Source of the DNA: Trichosphaerium sp. ATCC 40318
Lineage: Eukaryota > Protista > Tubulinea
Assembly: GCA_038496445.1 (NCBI GenBank)
Contig: JALMLS010000255.1
Location: forward strand, 124,001 to 188,000
Length of the DNA stretch: 64,000 nt
Reading direction: 5' to 3'
Part shown: in pieces, positions 12,837-24,929 of the stretch
How the letters are laid out: every line of letters begins with the position of its first letter
Position numbering within the stretch: position 1 is the first letter of the stretch
Position numbers and translations under genes: made by a program
Notes under the pieces: model-generated
The model's database searches: none
What the model saw: only the letters and a program-made list of their open reading frames with translations
What the model was told of the DNA's origin: nothing

Positions 12837-14386
12837 ATGTATTGTTTTTACTTGGTAATGGTATTTTTCGGTATGTAGAACGTAACATTTGGACGAGTAT
12901 TTTCTAAATTAACACGCTCTAGTCGCGTCGGCTCTCTGTGGAGGTGGAGGCTGTTTCGATAATCCTGTTTGTGAAAAATGCGCTTGTGACGCTTGTAAGA
13001 GGAGGGTAACATCAGGCGAATGCGTACCAATGTCATGTACACTTATCCACGTGATAGACGTTTAATTTTGTTTTATTGTTTGTTCACGTGGTTTTAATTT
13101 CTTTGTCGCTTGTGTTTAGCTGGTGATGGCGGAGATGTACTTGACGCGAATTGCGTTATAATTACTGGAGCTGTCGGTGATGTAACTGGTACAGCTTCAG
13201 ATGATTGTATCATCATAGGTGGTGATGGAATCAGTGTTGGAGATATTGATACACTTCAAGGGGACGATTGCGTGTTCAGTGGCGGTGGTAATATCAATAG
13301 CATCAACACAGGTATTCATTTTGTGGATTTTACATGCTTCAAGAAATAAAGTGAAAGCGTTAACAAACATACAGGAGATGGCGATGACTGTGTGTTATTA
13401 GAAGGTGGAACGACTGGAAATGTGAACTTAGGCAGGGGGAACGATGCGTATCAGGCATTTGACTTAGGAATGACAGGAGTAACTGGCGGAGCTGATGGTG
13501 ACTGTATTCTCCTCCTACAGGTGGAATCGGATGGACTATCTCAAGTGAGTGGTGGTAGCGGAGAAGATTGTATCCAAGTCACTAATTCAGTTGACATTGA
13601 TAGCGTTTCTGGTAGGCCAAACAATAGCGTTTGTTCTTTTTTTTTTTAATAGTACTTTGTAGGTGGTGGCGATGAAAATGATTTTATTTTCATGTCAGCT
13701 TCAGATATAAGATTTGTTTTTGGAGGTTCAGACTATATCGAAACAAAAGATGGGACTACAATTCAGACAACCTTAGGGTAGGTGCATGTTTTTTATTTAT
13801 TTTTGTTTCTTTATTGCCACGTGGTTGGTAAGGAAAAGACAATATTTCTTTGATTAATTTTTTTCTTCGTTAGTGGAGGATTAACACCAAATCAATTCTA
13901 TGTGATTGATACAGTTGTGGGAGGAAGTCTTTCTATGGGTGATAGTATTTATGCAAAAAATAGTTTTGTCGGTGGTGACATCACAGGTAGTACTGGTACG
14001 ACTGATTCCTTCTTAAAGAAATAATTTTTTTTTAATTTGTTTCAGGGAATGATGTCATTGAGCTGATTGAAGTAACAGTTACAGGATCTGGTGGTGTTGT
14101 AGGAAATGCTGGTGATGATGTGATTAGTGCTAGTAGAACAGATGTAGACATAATAAATGGAGGTCCAGGAAACGATAAGCTATTTAACGTCTTTCCGAGT
14201 AAGTATTTTTTTCTCATTTTTTTTTTTTCCTCTTTTATGCTCAGTTTTTCGATAGTGATTTCGCAAGGTTCTGCTCTTGCACTTTTGAATGGGGGCGATG
14301 ACATGGACTTATGTGTTTTCGATAGTTCACAAATGAGTGTAAACTCACAAAATTGTGAGGAGTTTTGGGATCCAATATGCCTTTGA
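12837..14386 (+). CDS. Secreted RTX-like repeat protein (copy 2, tandem paralog)
   Basis: Same exon structure and near-identical 5' exons as copy 1. Repeats 'GRGNDAY', 'GGSGEDCI', 'GNAGDDVI', 'GGPGNDKL'. Confidence 0.8.
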
Positions 14387-15146
14387 GCTTAATAAAACAA
14401 CAAGTTTCTTGATTTCCTAACCTCAACAAGTTCTGGTAGTGTTATTAATTTATTATTTGACCCCTTTTTGTATCTTGAGTTGTACATACCACTCTTTAGA
14501 TACATTGCACTTCCCGCCAATCTAAATACTTTATGTGCAATTAGTTGTATAGGTAATACCCATCTTTCTTGGGTTTGTTTGATCAATAAGAGTTTATACA
14601 AAGTAAACAACCAAACGGCATAAAAATGGTTGCATCACACAAAAAAAAAAGATAAAGATTCTGGTTTGTTTTCAACTGACAATGAGAGCATACCCATCCT
14701 TTCCACTCCTTCGATTTACCATTCTTGTGGAAACAATCTTCGCCCAGGTTGACATAGTAACGCTTTGACAGACTGTGGCATAGTAAATACAGTAGCGTAT
14801 TGGGTGGCGTTTTGAGGTGTGAGAAAGATTTGTATTAGTTCACTGCCATCATTAATGTGACGGCCTTTTTGTAGTCAAATAAATGTAAGAAATCATGTGG
14901 ATTTACAATTTACACAACTCGTTATCCTTACCTAGTTTTACGCTCTAACATTAACAGCATGGAAATTCGTATTTGGCAATCCACAGCCAAGTTGTGGTGA
15001 TCAACTTGTTGGTGTAATTCACCGAGTAATAGCATCATGTGTATAAGTATAGAAGTGGCGTGAACTAAAAACATTGATATTTAAGTGGACATTAGAGATG
15101 TTAAGTTTACAAGTTGCTGCGTTTGCGCACACGTGTTGTGGAGCCA

Positions 15147-16693
15147 ATGCTGTTTCCTAAAAAATATTTACCACACATTGGCCTATGGCTTTGCGCTTGT
15201 ATAATAACGATCGCTTTATTGCATTCAGCTGTATTTACGCCATCAGGGTCGTATCAAGCGGCAGAAACACAAAATACGAAGGTACACGCTTTTTTTCGAA
15301 AAATAGACCTAAAACGATTAAAAGATACATTATTCATAGATATGAACACGTGACAAGCGTATTTTTAACACTTTTTTGAAATAATATAATCAGGTTGAAT
15401 CGAATGGTGAAGAAACTTCCGTCTTTCGAGTTGAGAAACGAGCGGCTTGGGTTACTGTTGCGACGGATGTTCATAACTTACGTGCTATATTATCGTTAGC
15501 CCACTCATTGAGAAGAGTAGACACAGAGTTTGATATGTACGATGTTTTAATTGCAATTCTGTTTTTTGGTTTTTTTTTCGAGAATTGGATTTCATCTCAC
15601 TTCGACTATGTAGTGTTTTGCTCGCAAAGAAGACTCTTGAAAAACATGAAACTATGTTATATCAGTTATTTGATAAGATACACTACATAATTGATATTGA
15701 CATCACTCTAAAAAACGCACCAGAGGAGCCAGAGGAGAGTAAATGTACGAAAAAAAAACAGTAGTAGAAAAATGTGGTTAACATTACATGCGCTCTTTAG
15801 CATTCTGGCTTAAATTCCATGCACTCAATATGGTTCAATATGATGTCATTGGACTTATAGATCACAATACTATTTTTTTTAAAAACGTTGATCGTGTAAT
15901 GGGTTGCCCTTGTCCTTGTGGAGTTTTTGATACAAAGTACTGTTTAAGAAACAAAGTTTGCAATTCATTGATTGTCTGTTTTAGGATCTTTAATACTGCT
16001 AAATCCCTTGGTGCCGTTACTGGATCTAGCTTTCTAGTATTGGCACCAGATACCAATGAGTTCAATAATATAATTCGATTTGTTGAGAACGATGTTGCAC
16101 ATGAAAGGTACAACCTCGCTTTTGTTCTTAATGTTTTGAGTTAATCTTGTTTTTTCTAAGCCTAGGCAACATGAGAGACTCTAAAGAAAAAGAGATAGGT
16201 GGTTGGGATCAAGCTGTATGGAATGCTTACTACGGAGAACGAATGACTAATATAGCACCGTATCTTGGTATGTCAAATCGCCAACACAGAAATATAAATA
16301 ATTTTTTCTTTTCAGGAGGCATTCAATTGATGCCCGTGCTCCGGAAACCAGATCTATGGTAAATCTTACTAGTCTCATTTTATATTTAATGACTTTTAAA
16401 AGGAATCCGAGCGTACAAGTTCCATTGGTTCACTTTATGAATGACTTAAAACCATGGAATATAGTGGATGTTAAACATACAATTGTATTGTTGAAATAAT
16501 CTTTGTTGCACTATTAGTTTCATCAAACACATCTTAGATATACGATCACTGGATTTTACGTGATATATACATTAAGGCTATGGAGGTTGTGAACGACTTG
16601 ATAGAAAATGGATTATCAAAGGAATACAAGCAACTTTTCTATCAGTACACGTTTAAAAAACAGTTTTGCAAGATTGCTTATGGTTGTACCTAG
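15147..16693 (+). CDS. Glycosyltransferase family 8 (glycogenin-like), type II membrane
   Basis: N-terminal TM helix; 'AAWVTVATD..LAHSLRR', 'WLKFHALNMVQYDVIGLIDHNT', 'FLVLAPD', 'GWDQAVWNAYY', 'VHFMNDLKPW'. Confidence 0.82.
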
Positions 16694-16730
16694 ATTTCCT
16701 CCAGAGAGGACTAAATATTCTCACAACTTA

Positions 16731-17146
16731 TGTCAATGGCATTGCAAAGTAAGTGAATAGAAACAATGTCCTTAGTGTGCTTATTGTGAGTAGGAAATAC
16801 CTCAAGTAATTGACACTACGTACACGTTTGTGCTAGACTTTGAAGCAACTATCTAAGTTTTTGTAGTGACTGGCGTGCTGTTCATAATACATCAATTCTA
16901 CTCTGGATAGATCATTTTGAGCACGTGATTTAAAAAGAAAAATCAGTTTTGGTTTTTTTGAAACTATTTATAATACTGATTGCCCAAGTGCTTAGGAATC
17001 AACTCAAAGAATTTCGTGAAAAGAGAAAAATAAAAAAATATGAGAATCAAAAACACGTTGTTGAGGCACAAATAACAGACTTGGAGCTATGGAAACATTA
17101 CTTAGAGAATCAAAAGCGAACACTCGAAAGTTCCATGGCAGATTAA
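16731..17146 (+). CDS. Small coiled-coil hypothetical protein (start uncertain)
   Basis: Exons splice to 'EIPQVIDTTDWRAVHNTSILLWIDHFENQLKEFREKRKIKKY...ESSMAD*' using a GC donor at 16921. The first exon is unresolved. Confidence 0.45.
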
Positions 17147-17364
17147 AAGACATATGCTCCAACGTAGTAAGCATTGACATAAATGAGCACAATGATATCA
17201 CAAACCTTGTACAAACATTGCGAACAATTTGTTTCGTTTTTTATTGCAATTACCATTACATTTGTACATCCCTACAGAAGCTTATAACATTCATAAAACT
17301 TAACGCTTTTGTTGCACCGGTCCAAGCAATTCTTTAACAAGTATTCCTTCCCACAAAAGGCGTT

Positions 17365-18757
17365 ATGGCTACATGCGAAATAGACGAGGTGAGGAAAAGT
17401 TGAATGCGTATACATAGGTGTTTATAAAGAACTATGAATAGGGAGCGTTACTAAGAAAGCAACAAATACCAAAAAACAAGCCTCTAAAGGCTAATAAAAT
17501 AAGACAAAGGGTAAAAAACAACGAAATAGCGTATGGGCATATGGTTCTAGAGTTCGCTACTAGAGGTATTGCGCGGATACTTGATGTACGTTATTAAAAT
17601 GAAAAACTTTCATTTTGAAGTTGTTAAACATACAAACCACGTGAAGAAAACGTGTCAGGAAGAGTTTAAACCACAAAAATATTTCTGACGACATTTCAAG
17701 GCTACACCTGCCGATTTTGTTGTCATAGATATGGAGCATAGGTGCGTTTAGTACTAAATTGGGTTTTAAAGGTATTAACCGAAATAGTGGCTTTGGTATT
17801 GACAAGGTTCACGATCTTCTTTCTTGGTTTTCAGGTCAACATAAAAGAAACACTCCAGTCTTCTAAACATCCTTAGGTGTATCGATTTCGCCCATCGTGA
17901 GAGTACCAGATACACAATACGACTTTATAGCGAGAGTATTAGATGCAGGTGCTCAAGGTAAGCTTTCCCATAGAAAGATAGATTTGAAAATAGAGTTTGA
18001 ACTTATCACAAATAGGCATCATGGTTCCAAACGTTAAGAATCCTGAACAAGCCAACAAAGTTATTGAGTATGCTAGATATGCTCCTAAAGGTATAATATT
18101 AATCCGGGAGTATATACTCACAACAGTATTCAGGAAAGCGAGGATTGGGACTAGGCACTGCACATAATGTACAAAGAGTATTAATTACTCTTTTAAGTAA
18201 TTTGTTTTCAGGACTATATGGCGCCAGTGAGTGCATCTGAGTATCTCAAAGAAGCAAATAATAATAACTATATTATCTGTCAAATAGAGAGTGGTGAGGC
18301 AGTGTCTAAAATTGAGGAGATAGCAAGCATTGACGGTAACTTTCTTAATATAAAAAAACGCTTATAAAAAGTGAATTTTACTTTTTATCAAGACGTACTA
18401 CTCACGTGATTTAAAAGGTGTCGATTGTATCTGGATAGGACACTTTGACCTTTGTAGTGATCTAGGGATCCTCCAAAAGACAGATGATCCTTTCCATCAT
18501 CCAGAATTTGTTGACGCTTTAAAGAAAGTTGTTGCTGCTGGAAAAAAATACAAAAAGCAAGTCGGTATTCAACCTGGAACTCAAAAACAAGCTAAAGAAT
18601 GGATAGATATGGGGTACAAAACATCATTTAACTGTCTCAACAACTTACAAATCATATTAGATTCGATGTCATCTCATTTGGATGCGATTTTGGTGTTTAC
18701 AAAACTGCATTGACACAAAACATTTCTTCTTTGAAAGAGTACAAATCAACTTGTTGA
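17365..18757 (+). CDS. HpcH/HpaI aldolase/citrate lyase family protein, multi-exon
   Basis: 'IARILDATPADFVVIDMEH', 'PIVRVP', 'RVLDAGAQGIMVP', 'CQIESGEAVSKIEEIASIDGVDCIWIGHFDL'. Confidence 0.88.
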
Positions 18758-18935
18758 ACTCTTTGCCAAGTACCATAACAATCACAACCCTCATAATAAA
18801 CATCAGCATTTTCCTCGTTACAGTATACTCGCCAAGATTAATAAAAGAGCATTCCACACCCTGGTCCGAGGTCAAAAAGTGTCAAACATATTCACTTAAA
18901 ACAGCTTATTTTTAGTTGCAACTAACGGACAAAGA

Positions 18936-21200
18936 ATGGCAGAGCCTAGCTGGATACCAAATGATCCAACAGACGTCGGTACATTATAGAGATGTAGTTC
19001 AAGCCATTATCTAATGAAATAATAGAGGTTTGGTACGATTATCTCAAAAACGATACTTTTAAGACTGGTACGTACCTCTCACGCACTTGAATTAACATTG
19101 GAGAAGTGTTTGTGCCTCTACCGTTAAAAACAACGTTGGCTTTGTTAAACCATCACGGTAAACGAACGACGTACGCCTCTGTACGTAGAAAATCGTCTTA
19201 CAACCCTTTTAGAGATGAAGAAAAGAAAATACTCAACGTTTTAAGCTCAAACATGTACAAAAAGCGTTTTATAGTAACTGCCAGCTATAAATTAACGCTG
19301 TGAACGTAGTGATAAGGCTATTCATTCATTTAAAAACAAAGCAGCGTTTATCCGCTTGTCAACAATTTCTCCAAAAGGTGCTTTCCTACGGGACTGTTTT
19401 TGTCGTATTGATTTTTAGTGTCAATTTGAAAAATTAACACTTTTCTAGATGCTGTCAAACAAATGCACACAAAGCTCATGACAGTACTTTAATTGGGTTT
19501 ATATGATTCCTAAGAGTTAATAGATTTAATATAGATCCTTGAGGATGAGCTTGAGAGTGTACCGAAAGGAGACGAGCCAGGTGAAATTGTGGCAATTAAT
19601 AGGTAAGTAACCTTTTGTTTACTTTTTCTTGTGACCACCACTCTCTTTCCTGTGCTAAGCTTTTTCCTCTTTAGAGCCGTATATAAGGCGTGTAAAGTTA
19701 ATAGTGGCGACGAAGCATTAGAATTATTTCGTCTTAGCGACAGGCACGTGACTGAATCACAACAATAAAAAATTAATTGGGTTGTTTTAAAACAGAGTTG
19801 CGAAGCATCTGAAGCATAGGACAGATGGTGTATCTGAAGATAAATGGAACATGAATATTGTAGTAAGAGAGTGGAATGAAATACTACCAGAGTTCGAATT
19901 TAGAGCATACGTAAAAGATAAAAAAATGAGCGCTTTGTCACATTACTATAAATCGCTTTATGTAAAAGGCACGTGATTCCATCTATTTTTTTCTCGCTTT
20001 CGCGCTTACCTTTTTTAACAGAAATCGTTACATGTAAGGATGAGATAGAAGATATGATCACCAAATACTTTTCATCAAAAATAGTCGGTCTGGTACCTTT
20101 GAAGGATTACATTATTGGTAAGCGACTTTTTTTCTTGGCAATAACTGATTTTTTTGCAGATTTTGTTGTTGACCTTAAAACAAAAAGTGTTCGTGTTATT
20201 GAGCTCAACCCATGGTAACCTCTTGTTTAATAGATATAAGTAGTTCATAACATTTTATTAATAGGTCTGAGGCGTCAAGTGCATGTTTGTTTTCTTGGGA
20301 AGATGACGAAGATGTGCTCTTTGGAAAAAAGCCTTTTGAGTTTCGTGTTATGAAAAATCCAAAAAGGTACGTCTCTCTTGTACCCCTGTGATAATTTTTG
20401 AACTTATAAATACTTTCAAGGACGCATTGGAGTATATATCTACGCCATTAAGATATATGGTTTATATTTTCAGACCAAGAGATGATGCAGGACGTGTTAA
20501 AAAACTTGTTGATTTAACACAAAATCTGTTTGGTAAAATAACAAAGAAACTGACGTACAAGTACAAGCCACTCTTTTCAAATACGACTTCTTCATATACA
20601 TTAGCTTCTAGTATAGAAACAGTACGTTATGTATAATCATTCATCGCCAAAATACATATCATTAAAGCCTGTCACAAAGAGCTACTTCTTTGCTCTTAAC
20701 TCCTTTTTTTTTATTTACAATTTCTTTGTTTGCAAGTTGAAGTTTTCTATCTTGGCCACGTGTACTCATATTTTCTGTTGTTTTAGAATTTCTCGATGTT
20801 GAGTGCTTTGTGTAAACCTTTTGGCGATTACCAGTGCTACTGGAGAAACACAAAAAAACTATTTGAACAGCTTGAATGTACAAAGAAATTATACTCATCA
20901 CAAGAAGATCCTTTTGATTACACTACTGAGACTGTAATGTTACTAGTTATTCTTGAGATAAGTATAAGAGATAAGAAGCTTCAAGGAACAGCAATTGATC
21001 ACAAGAGATATAAAACTCAAGCTGTCAAGTAAGTAAACAAAAAAGGAAAAAAAGTTTTCTTCAGTTGTTTATTGGTTTTTTTTAGGGCGTATGTTTACAT
21101 TTATGACAAGTTGAAATGTGATCAGTCAGCTATAGATATTCTTGTACATAATACTTGCAATGTTATGACAAGTCAATTGAAGCTATTAAATCGAAAATAA
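18936..21200 (+). CDS. Cdc123/D123-like ATP-grasp (R2K) protein with C-terminal helical extension
   Basis: 'AFIRLSTISPKDA', 'VREWNEILPEFEFRAYV', 'SALSHYY', 'DFVVD..RVIELNPW', 'SACLFSW', 'FEFRV'. Confidence 0.85.
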
Positions 21201-21443
21201 AAGATGAGTGGAAACAAGAACTCACACTTGTTTTTTGAAGGAAAATAAAAAAACTAAGTTAGTTACTTTCAAACCATTGCTCTTGGACAATTATGTTTCT
21301 GGTTACCACCAAAACTTAGATCTTTGTATATTGTGATAAATAAACTTAGGTTACTTGTTTAAAACTGTTTGGAGTGACACGTGTCCAGAAACATCCTTTA
21401 TTTTAGTTTTTATTTTTAACAGTGAAAATGGTTACTATTCTCT

Positions 21444-24400
21444 CTAAATTACAAGGGTACTCTTTGCTATCAAGTCTGTTACGATTGCATCCAGCTTTTT
21501 CTCTATGCGAAGCAAATTTTTCAGCGTCAATTCTTTTGTTACAGCCCTTGAGGAAGTTAAAAACGAAAGCACTACTAAAAGTAAAAATAAAAAATATGTA
21601 CCTTTGTGCTTTCTTTGCTAGTAGGCTCCACATATCCTCAAACTGCGTAAAATGCTTTTTCAAATATGCAATCACAAACAGAGTTGTTAATAAATGCACA
21701 TGAACAACATCAATCCTTGCAGAATTAAGTCCTACCGTCAATCTCTTTTTGTCAAGTTTAAGCAGTGTTTCGAATTCTTTGCTAACAACAAAAAACCCTA
21801 GGTACCCTTTGTAAGAACAAGATGACATTACAGTTCTCTACCTGACGCGTTTTGAAGGTTGCATATAGCACTGACTAACTCAAGTCGTGTTGTAGGGGTA
21901 GGAGTATTTGCAATGGAGCTACGACTGAAAGAACTAGAGCTAGGTGAAGAGCTTTGTTGGCTGCCAACTGGAGATGGATTCCAAAACCATGACACTACAC
22001 GCGATAGTATACCTCTTCTCTGGTACTCATGAGCTGCTTTTAACTCCGTAACAGCACTCGCAACTTTACAGTTTGAGCAATCAATATCAGCTTCTATTCT
22101 ATCTATCTGTGATCCTTGCGCAACTACCACACAATTGATCTAGTACAGGTTACAAAAAACACTTTTTTTTTTTTTGTTTGTGTTCCAGTACGTCGTTAAA
22201 GATTTCGTTTATCTCCTTTACTTGCATTTCTATATTGGCAATGACTATGTTTCGTTGCTTGATTGTATCTTCTGAATTAGAATAAACGTCTTGTTGTGAA
22301 ACACCCTTTTTTGTAATTTCGTTAGTTTCAAAGAAGGAACTATTGTCAGGCATTTTCGAAACGTAATATCTACACAAGTACCTCTGTTATGGTCTTCATT
22401 TCTGCTTGGGCCTTTACTTGTTCTCTTTTCTCTATTACAACAAGTGAAGTACTTTTTGTTACTAAGTTCCATCTAGAAATCGGTTAAAAACATCCAAACT
22501 ATCATGTGATTTTAAAAGAAAAAACGTGCTTTTTAGCAAGCTCGATTACAACATCCTCGTCTTCTGTTTTGTTTATATATTGAATAGCTGATAACCTATG
22601 TATACTAGATCCTTTAATTGTAACATTATCTAATGCCTAGAGACAACAGAAAGTTAAAACAACGAGAAATGTGTTAAGTGAAATAACATCAAACTTGCCT
22701 TAACTTCAAATCTCCATGGCTTGTTTGCAACTGTTGCCGTTATCTTAATACTTTGATTGTTTTCACCTTCTTTTATAGTGTTATAGGATACTATACGCTC
22801 TCCATGGAATAATACTGGATACAACTGTTTCTTCCCACCCCAGTTAATCATGACATCTTTGAGTGTTGGTTTAAGTGCATCGCTCATTTGTCTCATAACT
22901 TTTGAACTTAAATTCATGTCATTCTTTGCTAATTCTACTCTTCCTCTTCCAATACTACCCATTTTCTTGAGTAAATCAACACTCGCTTCTGCGCCAATAC
23001 CAAACGGAAAAACACGTGTTGACGTTCCGATATTTGACTTCAAAGTGGAAATAATCTGAGAACGAAAAAAAAAGAATTAAAACTAGTTCACTTGAAACGA
23101 AAGAAAAGCCATCCACGTGACTTTGTAATATTTGAACGTACTTCTTTTTCATTTGAATCCTCTCCATCAGTCAAGAAAAAAATTTGTCTAGGAACACTAG
23201 GATCTGACTTTTGTTTCAAAATGTGGTTAAGTGGTTTTAGAATATCAGTCCCACCAAAACTCTATTGACGCACTTGAGTACTGAATAATCAAAATAAAAA
23301 GACACTTACGGCATTCATTGATTCCACGTGATCTTTAGCTTTTTTAAAGCTGTCTTCTGAATAAGGAACACTCGAGTTAAATAATGAACTAAAGTCTGTG
23401 CCGAACGAGACAATATTGAATAATGCTGTTTCTGGAAGTGCACGTAGAAATAATTGTAGAGCACATTTTGCGCTTTTCATCCTCGATCCAGACATCGAAC
23501 CGCTCCTATAAGAAACGAAAAAAATTAAATATAAGCTTATGAGGACATCAAACAAAAAGTAAACTAAAAAAAAAGTGATTTGTCTTAAATCGTCGTTTCT
23601 CGTTTCTTTGAAAACCGCTGATTGAGGGTACCTGTCTACAACAAATATGATCTCACATGTATCTGCTATTTCAGTGTCTTCAATATGAGGGTAGAAAGAA
23701 AGCATAGCTACACGATTCTTATCTATAGGTGACTCTTCAAAAACAAGAGAAGGCTCATGCATTTTTTCTGTTCGAAAGAAAATATTCAACTGTCTATTGT
23801 GAAGGTCTTGTCCATTTAAATGTAACGTTTTCTAAAGAACTCAAGTATCAGCATGTCATGACTACCAGATATTACGTACTTTATCGTTTTGGATATCAAG
23901 TTTATCATGAGAGTTGCTTTCAATAGCGATAATTGGATGTGAAGTAGTAAAGGTTACTGTGACATTTGATTCTTTTGTGGATGGAATCCTTGACGTTATT
24001 GGTAAAATAAACTCAACCCAGTTAGAAGCAGATAATAGTTCTTGAACATAAACAATCTTAAGGAGAACCCAAGTAAGTACAAACATCACAACATAGAAAA
24101 AAAAAAAACACAACGAAAAACTTTACACTTACAGTCACTTCACACTTATCCTTTGGTTGCAAATTACCGACATTTAACCTCATTCCTGTATCCGATATTT
24201 TTTCAGCAAGATAAGCACTATTTCCGCTAGCGATAGCATCATCATAATCTACAATAAAATCACGTGATCAACTTTTTTTTTTTCATAAAACAATAAAGAT
24301 GCCTTTGCAACAATAGTACTGTTATTTAGAGTTTACCTTCAGCAGCTTCATTTTTTTCCTTGCAAACACCAATAAAAGTTTTTCCATCTCGCTTAACCTC

Positions 24401-24686
24401 AAAATAGTATAAGTGAGCTCGAGGAATGTCAAAGTTGAACCTAATCGCATGTTTAACCAAATAAAGCGCCTTGATGTTAACAGTACAAGACGTACATCAC
24501 TTCAGTAGGATTATCAGAGTTGTTTGATAAAGAAAAAGTTGTTTTAACGTTGGCAGTCCAATTTGTTACTTCAGCGTTGATAGAAACGTTTTGCATTGGT
24601 AAAGGACGTCGAGATGAGGAAGAAACGCCAAACTGGCATGGTTCAGTGCCATTTAACTCTGGAATGCGTTGAATACGCCCTGTCAT
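21444..24686 (-). CDS. VWA5A-like protein (VIT + vWA domains) with internal Qa-SNARE motif
   Basis: VIT region 'NVSINAEV..FSLSNNSDNPTEV'; MIDAS 'IFVVDRSGSMSG'; 'FNIVSFG'; 'FFLTDG'; 'VFPFGIG'. SNARE motif at ~22015-22265. C-terminal 'LQNASG', 'WSLLAKKAQ'. Confidence 0.88.
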
Positions 24687-24929
24687 GATACACTACAAGG
24701 TTTAACTGCTAGCTGATGCTTAGTTATTATTGCAGTTTTCAAATAAAGTACGAATCAAGAAAGTTGCTTAAGCCACTTCACATTTGATTACAAGCTCGCT
24801 GCATAGCTACTGAGTGTACCCAAAAAAGATGAGACGATTTATTACATGAACACGTGAGTGAAGGCAAATTCAATTAACAACAAAGTTGTAAACGTGGACA
24901 ACAAGAAGAAATACAAACAATACTTGTTA

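Larger units (their letters stand above)
10945..14390 (+). repeat. Direct tandem duplication (~1.6 kb unit; ~10945-12540 and ~12757-14390) including upstream sequence and introns
   Basis: 11114-11197 matches 12919-13002 and ~11318-11507 matches ~13127-13316 almost exactly. The upstream 'tttttggaa..gcttt..aagtt...ttgaagtgtgca' is shared. Confidence 0.9.

Noticed and set aside
10889-13042. Duplicated minus-strand ORFs 'SSYKRHKRIFHKQDYRNSLHLHREPTRL'
   Set aside because: These are antisense shadows of the duplicated plus-strand Cys-rich exon.
16731-17146. BRK1/HSPC300 assignment for the small coiled-coil gene
   Set aside because: Only size and a 'DW' dipeptide match; the DWxNRE and FLNxF motifs are absent.
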